A stretch of 64,000 nucleotides of DNA, taken from Gracilinanus agilis (lineage: Eukaryota). Below, in pieces: positions 46,034 through 58,640 of the stretch. The DNA lies in the NCBI RefSeq assembly GCF_016433145.1, contig NC_058134.1:216036257-216100256 (forward strand). Reading direction: 5' to 3'. Both the position numbers and the translations under genes were made by a program. The stretch's first letter is position 1. Every line of letters starts with the position of its first letter. The notes below the pieces were generated by a model. It was given only the letters and a program-made list of their open reading frames with translations, was not told the origin of the DNA and made no database searches.

Positions 46034-47960
46034 GTAAGCGGTCTGAGCTTGGGTGATTGCTCCCTGATTTCCTTGGGGGGTAAATTCAGTTTCATTTCTG
46101 GGGCCTGTGAGCATTCTGGGGCCTTGGCCCCCAGGGTTGAAAGAACTGATAAATCAGAATGGCTATAACAAATGGGATACAATGGGTGGTTTCTTGTAAG
46201 GACTGCCATGGTTGTGTTCTGGGCTTGGACACAGAAGGTTCATGTGTGAAGCTCATCAGGCTGCCGGGCAGCCTCCTCTGTGTACCCTGCTGTTTCAGCC
46301 CAATAAGACGGAGACCTGGCCCCCAGCCCTGTTGCTACCACAACAGACTAGGGCCTGGGGCTTTCAGTATTTGGAGAGGCAGCAGGGCATGGCTCTTGGG
46401 CTTTGGAGGCAGGAAGCCCTGCATTCCAGACCTGCCTCTGATATGTCCTGGCAACATGTGTGATGTGGAAAGAGTGCTTTAACCTCTCAGTGTCCCCAGG
46501 GGCCTCCTCTCTAAGACTCTTAGATTGTAGCAAAGGAGGTAGAGAGAATTTCATCCTGGGACTCCCCTGAAGTGATTAAAAACCAGTCTGATTTCAAACA
46601 GAAACCAAGCTGTACATGTCCCAGCCCCCTCTTGCCATGGTAGGGCATTTCCAGGAGTCCTGTGGCAGAGAGAAGTTTCTGGGTTGGGGATGGATCTTTA
46701 AGGGTTGTCCCCTTTGCCCATGATGGGACAGTTGTTGCCTCCTCAGGCCTTTCCCCCTGGGGGTAGGATGCTCAAGACTTCAGGGTCCCCACCATGCTGT
46801 GATTTTGCATCAGAGGAGAGCTTTACTCCTAGATTAGATTCATGTGAGGGCCTCTGGAAGGGGAAGTGTGAGGCACAAGGTTAGAGCTTGAAGGGGCTTT
46901 GGGGAGTGTTTGACAGAAGGTTGGATAGAAAGGCCCAGGTCCCCTTAGGGGCAGAGGAGAGGCTGGAATGGAGGCCAGCTACCAAAGTATTCACAACATT
47001 CCTATTATGGGCATACCTCACCTCAATGCAGGTATTAATGAAGTCTGTCTGTCTCCACCTGGCAAACAGGGTTGTACTCCAGAGGTTGGTTTGTGAGTCA
47101 GAATGCATTTTCCCATAGAAACAATGTTATAATTAGCAGTCAAATTCTGTCACCAGCCCACAAAGGCTTATTTAACTTCTAATCTTGCTGAACTATGGAG
47201 CCAGTAATAGCATTAAATTCTGCAGCCACCCAGGCACAAATAAAGGCAGAGGGAAAATAGGAAGGTTGGAGCTGACTGGGTTGGGGATTGGGGCAGCTGA
47301 GCAGCATCCTGGGGAAGAACTAGAAGGGCACTAGTATGGGCAGCTCTGATCCCAGGCCTCTGCACTTGCAGGCCACAGATGCACATCAAGGCCCTGCCCC
47401 AGAACCCATGATTTCCCTTTCAAGAGATCTCCCTTTGGAAAGAAAATGACCTTGGGCTTCCTAGAGGATATCCATCTTCCCATCAGAGCTGGACTGGCCA
47501 GGAGCTCCTTTTTCTCTATCCTCTTAAAAAAAAAGATAAATGAAGGAAAATAAGATGTACTATGTCTGCAAAGGTAGATAGATAGGAGCTGGGTTCTAGA
47601 CCATTTGAAATGCTAGCCTGAAGAATTTGCATTTTAAAGAATCCAGGATCCCAGAGAGCCTTTGAGCCTGGGCAATGGCATGGTTAATAAGTCCTGGGAA
47701 GTTGATATTGGCAGCTGTTTGGAAGATATCTTGGAAAAAGAGATTAGAATATCCCAATGGGGAGTCCAGGTAGGAGAGGATGAAGATCTCTGAAGTAGGG
47801 TATTGGGTGAATAAATGGTTGCAAGTGGCCTCTAAATAGCAGGATGGTGTTTTCTCTTGTGTAAAATGGGAATAATAAATGCCCATAGGACCTGCTTCAC
47901 AAGGTGCTGGGGCACACAGATCTGAGAATGGCTTATCAAATATGTGTAATATGTATTTTA

Positions 47961-48210
47961 GGCAGCTAGGTGGCACAGTGGACAGAGTGCCAGGCCTGGA
48001 GTTAGGAAGACTCATTTCCTGAATTAAAATTGGCCTCAGACACTTATTGGCTATGTGACCCTAGGCAAGTCACTTAACCCTGTTTGTCTTAGTTCCCCTA
48101 TCTGTAAAATGAGCTGGAGGAGGAAATGGCAAACTACTCCAGTATCTTTGTTGAGAAAATTCCAAATGAGGTCCAGGAAGAATTGAACATAACTGAAAAT
48201 GTCTGAACAA
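47961..48210 (+). mobile_element. MAR1/MIR-type SINE
   Basis: GGCAGCTAGGTGGCACAGTG head, core, and ...GGAAATGGCAAACTACTCCAGTATCTTTG tail. Confidence 0.85.
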
Positions 48211-48399
48211 TGGAGGGTGCTCCCTCCATTGATGCAGATCACAGCCCCTCCAGGCCTCTTCATGACCATACACTCCCAGGCTATGGCTAAGTACTGTTTC
48301 TAGATATCTTGGACTCATGAGCTCATCCAAAAGAATTATTGCCTGGGCACTCTCTCTGTCTCTCTATCTGTCTGTCTCTGTTTATCTCTCTGTGTCTTT

Positions 48400-48582
48400 A
48401 AATTCTTTCCTTCTACCTTACAATTAATACTGTGTATTGGCTCCAAGGCAGAAGAATAGTAAGGGCTAGGCAATGGGGGTTAAGTGACTTGTCCAGGGAC
48501 ACACAGCTAGGAAATGTCTGAGGCCAAATTTGAACCCAGGCCCTCCTGTCTCCAGTCATACCTGAGCCACTGGGCTGCCCTC
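48400..48582 (-). mobile_element. CORE-SINE with (TC)n tail
   Basis: Reverse-complement SINE following a TC/TCTG microsatellite at 48350-48400. Confidence 0.8.
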
Positions 48583-49048
48583 TTCTACATTTGATATAAT
48601 TATATGCTTTTTGTTATTGATAATGTGGTTACTTGTGCTTCTAGTTTTCCTAACATTGAATCAGTGCTGCCTTCCTGGCATAAAACCAACCAAGTCACAG
48701 TATATATGGCCTTTGTGATATTTTTCATTGCTAATTCATGCCGGTCCCCTAAAGCATTTTAAAGCTGATGCGTCGATGAGGAAGCACACTTGTTTCCACG
48801 GAGGCCAAAGGGTAAAAGTGTTGGTTGTGAGTATAAGGTGCAGAAAGTCAGACTTCAGCTTGAGGGGTTGAAACAGTAGCTCCCCCTTCCCATGAGGCTT
48901 TCAGGCCATGGCTGGATCACCGCTTGTTGGGGATGCTGTGGAAGAGGGGGAAGGGAGGACTTACCCAGGATGAAGGTTTAGCAGACTCAGAGTTCTCAGA
49001 CTGACCCCACATTTATATGATGACTCGTGCCTTCTTGGTCCTCTCCAG

Positions 49049-49192
49049 AGAGCCCAGAAGGATGGGCTGGCTGAGCTATTCCATGCTCCAGACTTCAATG
49101 AAGAGAAGCCCAGTGAGCTGCCAAACGGGGTGAACTACAGTGAGATGGTGGGCAATGTTATCCGGGCTCAGGAAAGCAACATCACTGGCAAG
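49049..49192 (+). CDS. FAM227A: FAM227A coding exon 5
   Basis: RAQKDGLAELFHAPDFNEEKPSELPNGVNYSEMVGNVIRAQESNITGK (LPNGV..MVGNV motif of FAM227); acceptor CTCTCCAG|, donor AAG|GTAATT. 144 nt. Confidence 0.92.
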
Positions 49193-49524
49193 GTAATTGG
49201 AGGAGGCACAGATGAGGCACATGGGGCCCAGAGACCTCAGGAAGACAGCTGTCAGCTGCCCAAAATGCTGCCTGTCCATTGTCTTCTGTGTTCCTCGAAA
49301 CCCAGGAATGGGGCTAGGATACTGCTCAGAGACTTCCTGGCTTCCATGGTTGGAGGACCTTCACAGAGGAGACCTCCCTCCATTAGGGCAGATCACAGCC
49401 CCGCCAGCCCTCCTCATGACCACACACTTCCAGGCTATGGCTAGGTACTCTCTCTAAAGGTCTTGAACTCATAAGGTCATCCAACAGGGTTATTGCCTGA
49501 GTTCCTTATCTCTCTCTCTCTTTT

Positions 49525-49680
49525 TAAATTTAAACCCTTCCCTTCTATCTTAGAATCAATACTGTGTATTGGTTCCAGGGCGGAAGAGTAGTAAGGGCTA
49601 GGCAGTGGGTTAAGATTTGCTCAGGGTCACATAGCTAGGAAGTGTCTGAGGCCAAATTTGAACCCAGGACCTCCCATCCC
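49525..49680 (-). mobile_element. CORE-SINE (5'-truncated)
   Basis: Reverse-complement SINE tail and core. Confidence 0.8.
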
Positions 49681-49724
49681 TAGGCTTGTGGCATGCCAGA
49701 GACCTTCTTTTCAAGACCTTTTAG

Positions 49725-49907
49725 GGGGTAGCTGGGTAGCTCAGTGGATTGAGAGTCAGGCCTAGAGACGGGAGGTCCAGGGTTCAAATCCAGCCTCAGA
49801 CACTTCCTAGCTGTGTGACCCTGGGCAAGTCACTTGACCCCCATTGCCCACCCTTACCACTCTTCCACCAAGGAGCCAATACACAGAAGTTAAGGGTTAA
49901 AAAAAAA
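49725..49907 (+). mobile_element. Young SINE (SINE1_Mdo-like) with 12-bp TSD
   Basis: Complete element; TSD AAGACCTTTTAG at 49713-49724 and 49908-49919. Confidence 0.95.
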
Positions 49908-52900
49908 AAGACCTTTTAGTATTTCATGAGTATCAGGTAACACCCTAATGTTTGCCTGTTACCACTCACTTTTGGTATGTAACCTTCCTCCACTATTATA
50001 TTTGAATGATATCCCTTATAGCATTTGGGGGATAAGGTGAGGGCAACCCCCCCTTACCCCCCATTTAAGCACACATGGCCCCAGAGGTTCCTTCCAGCTC
50101 TGAGAACCAGGGATTCTTTGGGAAATTCTTCAGACCCTCTTATTCAGAAAATAGCTTCCTCCTGTGTCCATCATAATGGACTGCCCCCCAGAAAGTATCT
50201 AAGCCAAGGGGAGGAGAGAAGAAGGGCCACATCACTGTCTCTCCTTCCTGCCCTCTCTGAGATGCTGACTGGTCCCAAGCCATGGAGCTCAGTGCCCCTC
50301 ATTTCCTTAGGGAGGACCATCTGTTCCAGAATAGCAAGCTCCTGGGGAAGGAGAATCAGACCAGCCAGGGAGTGGAGGAGGAGAATTCTGGGAGAACAGA
50401 AATCTCCCAAAGGTCCATTGGGGTTTTCCACAGGCGGTATTAGGAAGGGACAGAGAGAAGGAAGAAGAGTTTCACAGTCAGCATTAACCCTGATTCAAAG
50501 TGTGAACTGTTAAGAGTCCTAAGGCTGCATGATTTGCTTGGTGTCCTTGGGCAAGTTCTTAACCTCTTGGGTCTTAGTTTACATAGCTGTAAAATGGGGC
50601 CCAAAGGATCACGATCTCCCTCCCAGCTCTAAAAGGCTACAGAACAGGTGCTTGACCTCAGAGCCTCTGGTAGAAGAGTCCCCATTCCTCTTCAGGTTGG
50701 GAGTCTGGGCCTTGGCTAGTGGGAGAGCTCCTAGGCAACACTGGGGAAATCTCATCACACCAAAAGCTCCTTCTAATCCGCACTAAGCAGACCCCCCCAC
50801 CCCCATCCTACTCCTAGATACTCTTCCTCTGGTGCCTGAACCAGTTCTGTGGAGTTCCTGCTATCCAAGACAGGTTACTGCTTCAGTGGAACTCGGTGTG
50901 TCAGAGAGGGAGGCCCAAGATCCTTTAGTTGGGGGGCAGCTGTGTGAGGAATGAAGTTTGTAGGAGGTCATAGGTCTTGTGCTTTGCAGTCCAGGTTCCC
51001 TCTCTGGAGATCTGTGGACTTCGATAGAACCCAGACCAAGGAGACTAGGGCATTTAACCTAAAGGAATGGCAGTGCCCAGGGGTCAGAGTCATCAAGTCC
51101 TTCCTCCCTGGTGACCCTGGGCAAGTTACTTCACCTGTCAAGGCTTCAGTTCCCTCTGATGGCCAAGACTAGATCCTCTCTCAGCTTCATTCCCACTCCT
51201 GTGATTTTGAAACTCCTTAAGGATGTGCAGGGATGTTATCTGGAAGTGGAGTCAGGCCTGTTTTCTTTGGCCTCACAGGGCCGGAGAAAGTAAGGCTTAC
51301 TGGGTGGGAGAAGCTGTGGAGAGACACAGATGGAGACACAATGTCAAGTAAGGCTTGCTGTTAGCTCTCCCTGAGAAGGGGGTGCTACTTGGCAGGAATG
51401 ACTTTCCCATCATGGAGGTCTTTTAATAAAGAGGCTGGTAGCCCACTGGTAAGGGATGTTGACAAAGGGATTCATTCTCTGGTGTGGTTGGATTTGATTA
51501 TCTCCAAAGCCCTGGGACCCTGTGGGCAGCAAAGAGGGTTCCTTTCTGGGCTCAAGTGAAAGAAAAGGAATAATGGGTTAGATCTGCCCTACAAGTGGGC
51601 AGAGACAGTGAGAAAGAGGAGGATGAACAAAAGAAAGGTGAGAAAAGCTCTAATCTTGAGTCTGTGTGTCAGCCCTCTATGAGCATGGGCTCTACAGTAT
51701 GGCCTTGGAGGACAGGAGTTTGGGACCCAGCTCCATAATCAACCTTTATTGACCCTACTGACCATAAGCCCCTTCTCCAAACCTTAGTGTCTCCACTGTA
51801 GGAGCAGTCTGGCCAGGAGAGAAAGCCTGCTGGGCTCAGCTTCCCAGTCTGACACATAGTCTCTGTGACCTGAGGCAAATATTGACCTCTTGATGGTCCA
51901 GACTATTTTCTGATTGTCAGTATGGGATGTCAGCAGCAGCCTCAGCTAATGAAACCATCAGGCTACCATCAACGAGGAAATCCTTCCTCTGCTGATTCAT
52001 GGGATTCCTAGGAGGAATCTGTCACCTATTGGGTAGATAGAAACAGGAGAGCATCTCATCCAACCCCATCATTTTCTCATAGGAAAGTCCAGAAGGGAGG
52101 CGATTTAGAATCCTAGGATTTAGAGTAATGGAAACAATCTCATTTCACCTCTTCAATTTCTACATGTGTTCAGATAAATTTTAGTGATATCTTTATTCTT
52201 TAATGTCACAATAATTTCTGGAAATAGCTTTTGTCTCTACCCCCAAATTGGACTCCCAGATTGAGCAAAGGAGTCTTGATGGTGAGGGGACTAAGACAGT
52301 TAGCTTGGAGGAGAGCCTGTACCCAGGGGTTGGAGTCATCAAAAAATGGAAGAAAAGAACTGTGCAAAAACCCTGCATCTAACATCGATAGCTTTCTGCC
52401 CTAATCACTCCCTCCCTCCCTCTCCTGAGAAGCTTGAGGTAGAGCTTATCTGCCCCGCACAGTCATTGGTTTTTATGGGGGCAGTCATTCATCTCCTTTG
52501 AGGGAGCTTCTCCCTTGCATTGTTGTGGTCGTTGTATATAAAAGGTATCTGAGCGCTAGCTACCATTATCATTATTATTCTGACTGAATCAGTTCATATA
52601 GCCCTTCCTCTTATTCTTCATTTCCTGATACATAGAAATATTCCATTATATTTATACACCAGTTTGTTGTTTAGCCATCCCCAAATCATTGTGTACTTAC
52701 TTTGTCTCCAGTTCTTTGCTCCCACAAAAAATGTTGCCATGAATTTTTCAGTATGTATTGGACCCTTGTTTTGGTCTGTGGGATCATGGCTTTAATAGGT
52801 ATAGACAGTTGAGTGGCTTTGTGTACGTCATCATTCCTGATTGATGTCCAGAACCATCAGAAGCCTTCCCAACTCCACCTGCAGTTCCTCTTGTTCTTGT

Positions 52901-53196
52901 TTTCCCACAGTCTCTTTGGCACTGCCTCTTCTCATGACTTAACATCTTTTCTACTTTGTAGACTGTGAGGAGAAACCCTCTTCATTTTATAGATGAATTC
53001 TTTATGGCACTTCCCCAAGTAGCACAGCTCAGTAGTGACAAGCCTGATGGACTCCTGATACTAGGCTCAAAGCCTTTTGCTACTCTTAAGATGTCACCAG
53101 CTCTCTTATCTCTCTCCTCTATCCCCAGCCCCCAGACACCACCTTTACCCCAGAAAACCACACTTCCAGTTTAGGCTGTGAGGAAATGACCCCTCC

Positions 53197-54565
53197 ATCA
53201 AATTAACAGTCTCAAAAATGAAAGGGGAAATCTCACCTCTAATGAAGAGGAACTTAAGGCAATTATTAAGAACTAATTTGCTCAATTATATGGCAATAAA
53301 TACGAAAATCTAGGTGAAATGAGTGAATATTTACAAAAATATAAATTGCCCAGATTAACAAAAGAGGAAATAGAATACATAAATAATCCCATATCAGAAA
53401 AAGAAATTGAACAAGCCATCAAGGAACTTCCTAAGAAAAGATCCCCAGGGCCAGATGGATTCACAAGTGAATTCTATCAAACATTTAAAGAACAACTAAT
53501 CCCAATACTATACAAATTATTTGACAAAATAAGCAAAGAAGGAGTTTTACCAAATTCCTTTTATGACACAAATACGGTACTCATTCCAAAGCCAGGCAGA
53601 CCAAAAACGGAGAAAGAAAACTGCAGACCAATCTCCTTAATGAACATAGATGCAAAAATCTTAAACAGAACACTAGCAAAAAGACTCCAGCAAATGATCA
53701 CGAGGGTTATTCATTGTGATCAGGTGGGATTTATACCAGGAATGCAAGGATAGTTTAAAATTAGGAAAACCAGCCACATAATTGACCATATCAACAAGCA
53801 AACCAACAAAAATCACATGATTATCTCAATAGATGTAGAAAAAGCCTTTGACAAAATACAACACCCATTCCTACTGAAAACACTAGAAAGTTTAGGAATA
53901 GAAGGGTCATTCCTCAGAATAATAAACAGTATATATTAAAAACCATCAGCAAGCATCATCTGCAATGGGGACAAGTTAGAAGCCTTCCAAATAAGATCAG
54001 GTGTGAAACAAGGATGCCCATTATCACGCCTATTATTTAACATGGTACTAGAAACACTAGAGAAGAAAAAGAAATTGAAGGGATTAAAGTAGGCAACGAG
54101 GAGGCTAAACTATCACTTTGCAGATGATATGATGGTCTACTTAGAGAACTCCAGAAAATCAACTAAAAGGCTAGTGGAAATAATTAACTTTAGTAAAGTT
54201 ACAGGGTACAAAATAAACCCACATAAATCATCAGCATTTCTATATATTTCCAGCAAAACTTGGCAGCTTAGAAAGAGAAACTCCATTTAAAAATCACTCC
54301 AGACAATATAAAATATTTAGAAATCTGTCTGCCAAGATAAACACAGGAATTATATGAACACAACTACAAAACACTTTTCAAACAAAACTAGATCTAAACA
54401 ATTGGAAAAACATTGATTGCTCATGGGTAGGACGAGCTAACATAATAAAAATGACAATCCTACCCAAATTAATTTACCTATTTAGCGCCATACCTATCAA
54501 ACTACCAAAAAACTTCTTTATTGAATTAGAAAAAATTATTGTAAAGTTCATCTGGGAGAACAAAA
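53197..54565 (+). mobile_element. L1 ORF2 internal fragment (reverse transcriptase region, inactivated) with 16-bp TSD
   Basis: KSPGPDGF-like, [22 protein letters not shown] motifs; FADD at 54117-54128; premature TAG at 53751-53753 plus frameshifts. TSD AGGAAATGACCCCTCC at 53181-53196 and 54566-54581. Confidence 0.95.
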
Positions 54566-54841
54566 AGGAAATGACCCCTCCTCTGACCAGGCCAGGTTGG
54601 CCAATGTCAATGTTATGGGCAGGCTAGAATGATAGCAATAACAACAATAATAATAATAACCACAGTCATGGGCAGTATATGATAAAAATAACAACTACAA
54701 TGATAACAGTGTTATGGGCAATATATGATATTACCATTAATGACAACCTCAACAATAACTGTCATGGACAGTGTATAATAACAATAACAGTAACATGGCA
54801 GTATTTAACCACAACCACCACTCTGGCTTTTATTCCCTCAG

Positions 54842-54943
54842 GCCTTCTGTGCACCTTTAGAAATGGCTAAATTCTTCACTTCTCCATACTCCAAAGCTAT
54901 CGTCTTGGATTGCTTCTGGTGGATCTTTCATGAGAGATATGAG
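54842..54943 (+). CDS. FAM227A: FAM227A coding exon 6 (FWWIFH motif)
   Basis: AFCAPLEMAKFFTSPYSKAIVLDCFWWIFHERYE; acceptor TTCCCTCAG|, donor GAG|GTAAGG. 102 nt. Confidence 0.95.
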
Positions 54944-55919
54944 GTAAGGAGAGAGGAAGCTGGTGAAGGCTGACCCGCAAAGGAGGGAAGTGATGAACGA
55001 GGATCCCAGAAATTGTGCCCTTTGGTATCTCTGGATTCATCATTTAGGCCGTGGCTGTTCCAGTTGCCAGACTGAGCAGTTGAGGTTCTCATGTGGCTTT
55101 TGTTTCCCCACTTCAATCCTCCCATGGCACCTCAACTTAACATGAGGGTGACTCTGACTAGTTGGAGACAGAGGGAAGCCCAGGCAGGTCCTGACAAGCC
55201 AGAAGAGCCCCTGCCTGGGCAGCCATCACCTGGGGGTTTGGCTCTTGTCTCTTGGGTTCATCCTGAATCATCACATTGCACTTTAGAAGCAGCTGGAGAT
55301 TTTGTTCTCATCACATCCATTTCAGGCAGAAATTCTAACCTGAGATCCACAGAACATAGAGTTCTGGGAGGTCTATGAACATGCATGGAAAGAATATATA
55401 CCTTTATTTTCACGAGGTTCTTATTGAAATTGAGCACTTCCTTCAATTATCAATTAAAAACCAACCCAACCTGATTTGGAGAAGGGATCCACAGACTTCA
55501 TCAGATGTAATGATGAAAAAAGGGAAGCCTCCCTGCTCCGCAAGGAAAATGGCTTCTTCCAAGGCCAAAGAGAAAAAGAAATTAATAGAAGGATTTTGAG
55601 AGGGAGTCCAGAGATAGCTGCCAAATCTTATTGCCCCAGGTAAATGCTGGGCCCTGCCTGGGAACCTTCCTCTCATTTACAAGTTAGCCTCACTTGGAGG
55701 ATCAGGTAGGTAGGATGGTTCGCCAGCATGTTAGATGGGAATTCTGGGGTCCTAAATACACTAAGCCCCAATCTACTAAGATGAAGTTTAATCAAGGAAA
55801 GTCCTAAAGTCCAAAAAAATCAACTTCACACATACACCATGGAGAAGGCATCGTTGGCTAAGAGCAGGGATGGCAAAGATCTGAGGTTTGGTAAAGCTAA
55901 AGGTCTGCGTGAGTCATCA

Positions 55920-56400
55920 AAGAAACATGGGTGCCAAAGAAGGCCATGCCACGTCAGGCTGCATTGGGAGCACCTCAGAGGAGGGCAGCAGGCCCAAATC
56001 CCGCTGTAGTCCTCCACCCTGATCAGACCTGTGCTGGGACACCATGTTCAGTTCTGGGTGTTTTAGGACAAGTGTTGACAGTCTTGAGGTCCAGAGGCCT
56101 AGAGATCAGGCCATGGAATGAGGAGGTGAAGGAACTTGGCAATTTGAGCCTGGAGTCAGAAGATTTAAGGAGGGTTAGTCAGGATGGGTGTCTTCAACTA
56201 CTTAAGGGCTGGGGTATGGAAGAAGGTTTATATGTAGTTTGCCCTGACTCTAGGCAGCAGATCTGAGAGCAGAGGCAGAAGGCCCAAGGAGGCCAATCTA
56301 AGCCCCTCACAATTAGAATTCTCTCACATAGGAGACTGTCTGGGGGATCATTTGGTGGTAATAGAGTAGGGATTCTTGCCCAGGGCTGGGATCAACTAGA
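55920..56400 (+). mobile_element. CR1/L3 LINE 3' fragment
   Basis: Degraded CR1-type 3' sequence (...GTTCAGTTCTGGG..., ...TTTGAGCCTGGAG..AGAAGATTTAAGG...). Confidence 0.55.
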
Positions 56401-56467
56401 TGACCTCAGAGTTCTCTTCTGGCCCCAAGGCCCTGTGAAGCAAAGTCATTTAAAATGAGGGCTCTTT

Positions 56468-56670
56468 GGGGCAGCTGGGTGGCTCAGTGGATTGAGGGTA
56501 ATACCCAGAGAAGGGAGGTCCTGGGTTCAAATCTGGACTCAGAAACTTCCTAGCTATGTGACCCTGGGCAAGTCACAACCCCCATTGCCTAGCCCTTACC
56601 ACTCTTCTATCTTAGAACCAATATACAGTATTGATTGTAAGATGGAAGGTAAGGGTTTTATTTTTTTAAA
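56468..56670 (+). mobile_element. Marsupial CORE-SINE
   Basis: Complete head, B-box, core and tail. Confidence 0.88.
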
Positions 56671-56757
56671 AAAGAACTCTTTATATAAATGTTCAACCTC
56701 TTGGCTAGATCAGCAACAGTGTCTAATAATTCTTCTCCCCTTCCCATTTGTGCCAGC

Positions 56758-57504
56758 ATGTGGCAAAATTGGGATATTAATGCATTGCTGGTGCATTCTG
56801 AATGGCAATTTGGAACTATGCTCAAAGAGTGCTAAAAGATTGCCTACCCTTTGATCCAGCCATACCATTGCTGGGTTTGTACCCCAAAGAAATTATAGAT
56901 AAAAATACTTGTACAAAAATATTTATAGCCGCACTCTGTGGTTGCAAAAAACTGGAAAACAAAGGTATGCCTGTCAATTGGGGAATGGCTGAACAAATTG
57001 TGGTATATGTTGGTGATGGAATACTATTGTGCTCAAAGGAATAATAAACTGGAGGAATTCCATGTGAACTGGAACAACCTCCAGGAACTGATGCAGAATG
57101 AAAGGAGCAGAGCCAGAAGAACATTGTACACAGAGACTGATACACTGGTAAAATCGATTGTAATAGACGTCTGTACTAGCAGCAATGAAATGACCCAGGA
57201 CAACTATGAGGGATTTATGTAAAAGAACGCTACCCACATTCAGAGGAACTACAGGAGTGGAAACACAGAAGAAAAACAACTGCTTGAACACATGAGTTGA
57301 TGCGGACACGATTTAGGATGTAGACTCTTAATGACCACCCTAGAACAATTATCAATAATATGGAAATAGGTCTTGATCAATGACACATGAAGAAACCAGT
57401 GGAAATGCAAGTCAGCTTTGGGGGGGCAGGTAGGGGGAGAGAACAAGAACATGAATCATGTAACCATGGAAAAAATTTTTCTAAAAAATTAAAAAATCAA
57501 AATG
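56758..57504 (+). mobile_element. 5'-truncated L1 (ORF2 C-terminus plus 3'UTR) with TSD
   Basis: PFDPAIPLLGLYPKEI and EWLNKLWYM ORF2 motifs, 3'UTR, A-rich tail. TSD CCCATTTGTGCCAGC (56743-56757) / CCCATTTGTGTCAGC (57505-57519). Confidence 0.92.
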
Positions 57505-57755
57505 CCCATTTGTGTCAGCTGTTATTGGGCTTCCTGTTGTTATGCACTGACATAGACAGGAGGATAAAATTGAGGGGCTGGTGTTGCTCTCTCTCTTTTC
57601 TTGCTACGGCAGCTTGGACCTCGGGACAGCAGCTGTTTGAACAGTCTAAGCTAGCATGGCACGTGGCTTCATTTTCTAGAGATTAACAATAAATCTTACA
57701 AAAACCATAATAATTTTAAAGTTATTATTATATATTAATTTTATTTCTTACATAG

Positions 57756-57860
57756 CCAAACAAGGAGATTCAGAAGAAATTGTTTAACCGAGTGGCAAAG
57801 AACTACGCTCACCTCCTGATAAACACAAACAGGACACCCCATGAAGAAAGTATCTTAAGA
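57756..57860 (+). CDS. FAM227A: FAM227A coding exon 7
   Basis: PNKEIQKKLFNRVAKNYAHLLINTNRTPHEESILR; acceptor TTCTTACATAG|, donor AGA|GTAAGT. 105 nt. Confidence 0.95.
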
Positions 57861-58439
57861 GTAAGTACCTCAGGGCATGGTGTGATGATTACATTGGTCA
57901 CCTGGTCTGAGAGGGAACTGGCAGCTCCCTTTGAAGATGAAGCAATGAGATCCAGAAAGAAGGAGTGACTTGTCCAGGATCCCACAGGGAGTGAGTGGCA
58001 GACTTTGGGTTGTACCATAGGCCTTTTGCCTCAGGGAACCCCTTAAGTCTTCCGAGATGCTCTCAGTCTTCATCAGAGCTGAGGACTAGGCACTGGGCAG
58101 TTTGAGGTTTCCATAGTATCTTGTGCCCTTGGCTACCTTGCTTGGGGGAAGTACCAAAATATGTTTATCCTCCTTCTTGTACCCAGCCATACTGTGAATC
58201 AGTATCAGAACCAAGATTTAAATCCTCTGGCCCCAAGCCTGGCCCACTTTTCACTGTACCTCATGTCTTGACCATGAAAACTGGAATAGGAAAGTCAGTT
58301 CCTGTCTACCCAAACTTGAAGGATTTGGCTGGAATGCCACTGACAATTGTTTCAGGATTGTAATGGAGAGTTTGTTAATGATGATGACTGTGAGGCTTCT
58401 TGGTTAGAGCATTAGCAGTTTTCAAAGCCTTTTGGAGAA

Positions 58440-58640
58440 GGCTCAGCTGGGTGGCTCAGCAGATTGAGTTCCATGCCTAGAGATGAGAGGTCCTGGATTC
58501 AAATTTGGCCTCAGACAATTCTTAGCTGGGTGAACCTTGGCAAGTCACTTAACCCCCATTACCTAGCCCTTACTGCTCTTTCATGGAACTAGTACACAGT
58601 GTTGACTCTAAGACAGAAGGTAAGGGGTTTTGTTTTTGTT
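58440..58640 (+). mobile_element. Marsupial CORE-SINE
   Basis: Head, B-box, core and tail present. Confidence 0.82.

Noticed and set aside
46299-46400. TGTTTCAG|CCCAATAAG as a candidate FAM227A exon (PNK start)
   Set aside because: The real PNKE exon is at 57756; this site lacks a suitable donor and further similarity.
53319-53753. 144-aa ORF as a host gene or domesticated reverse transcriptase
   Set aside because: It is L1 ORF2 with a premature stop and downstream frameshifts, bounded by a TSD.
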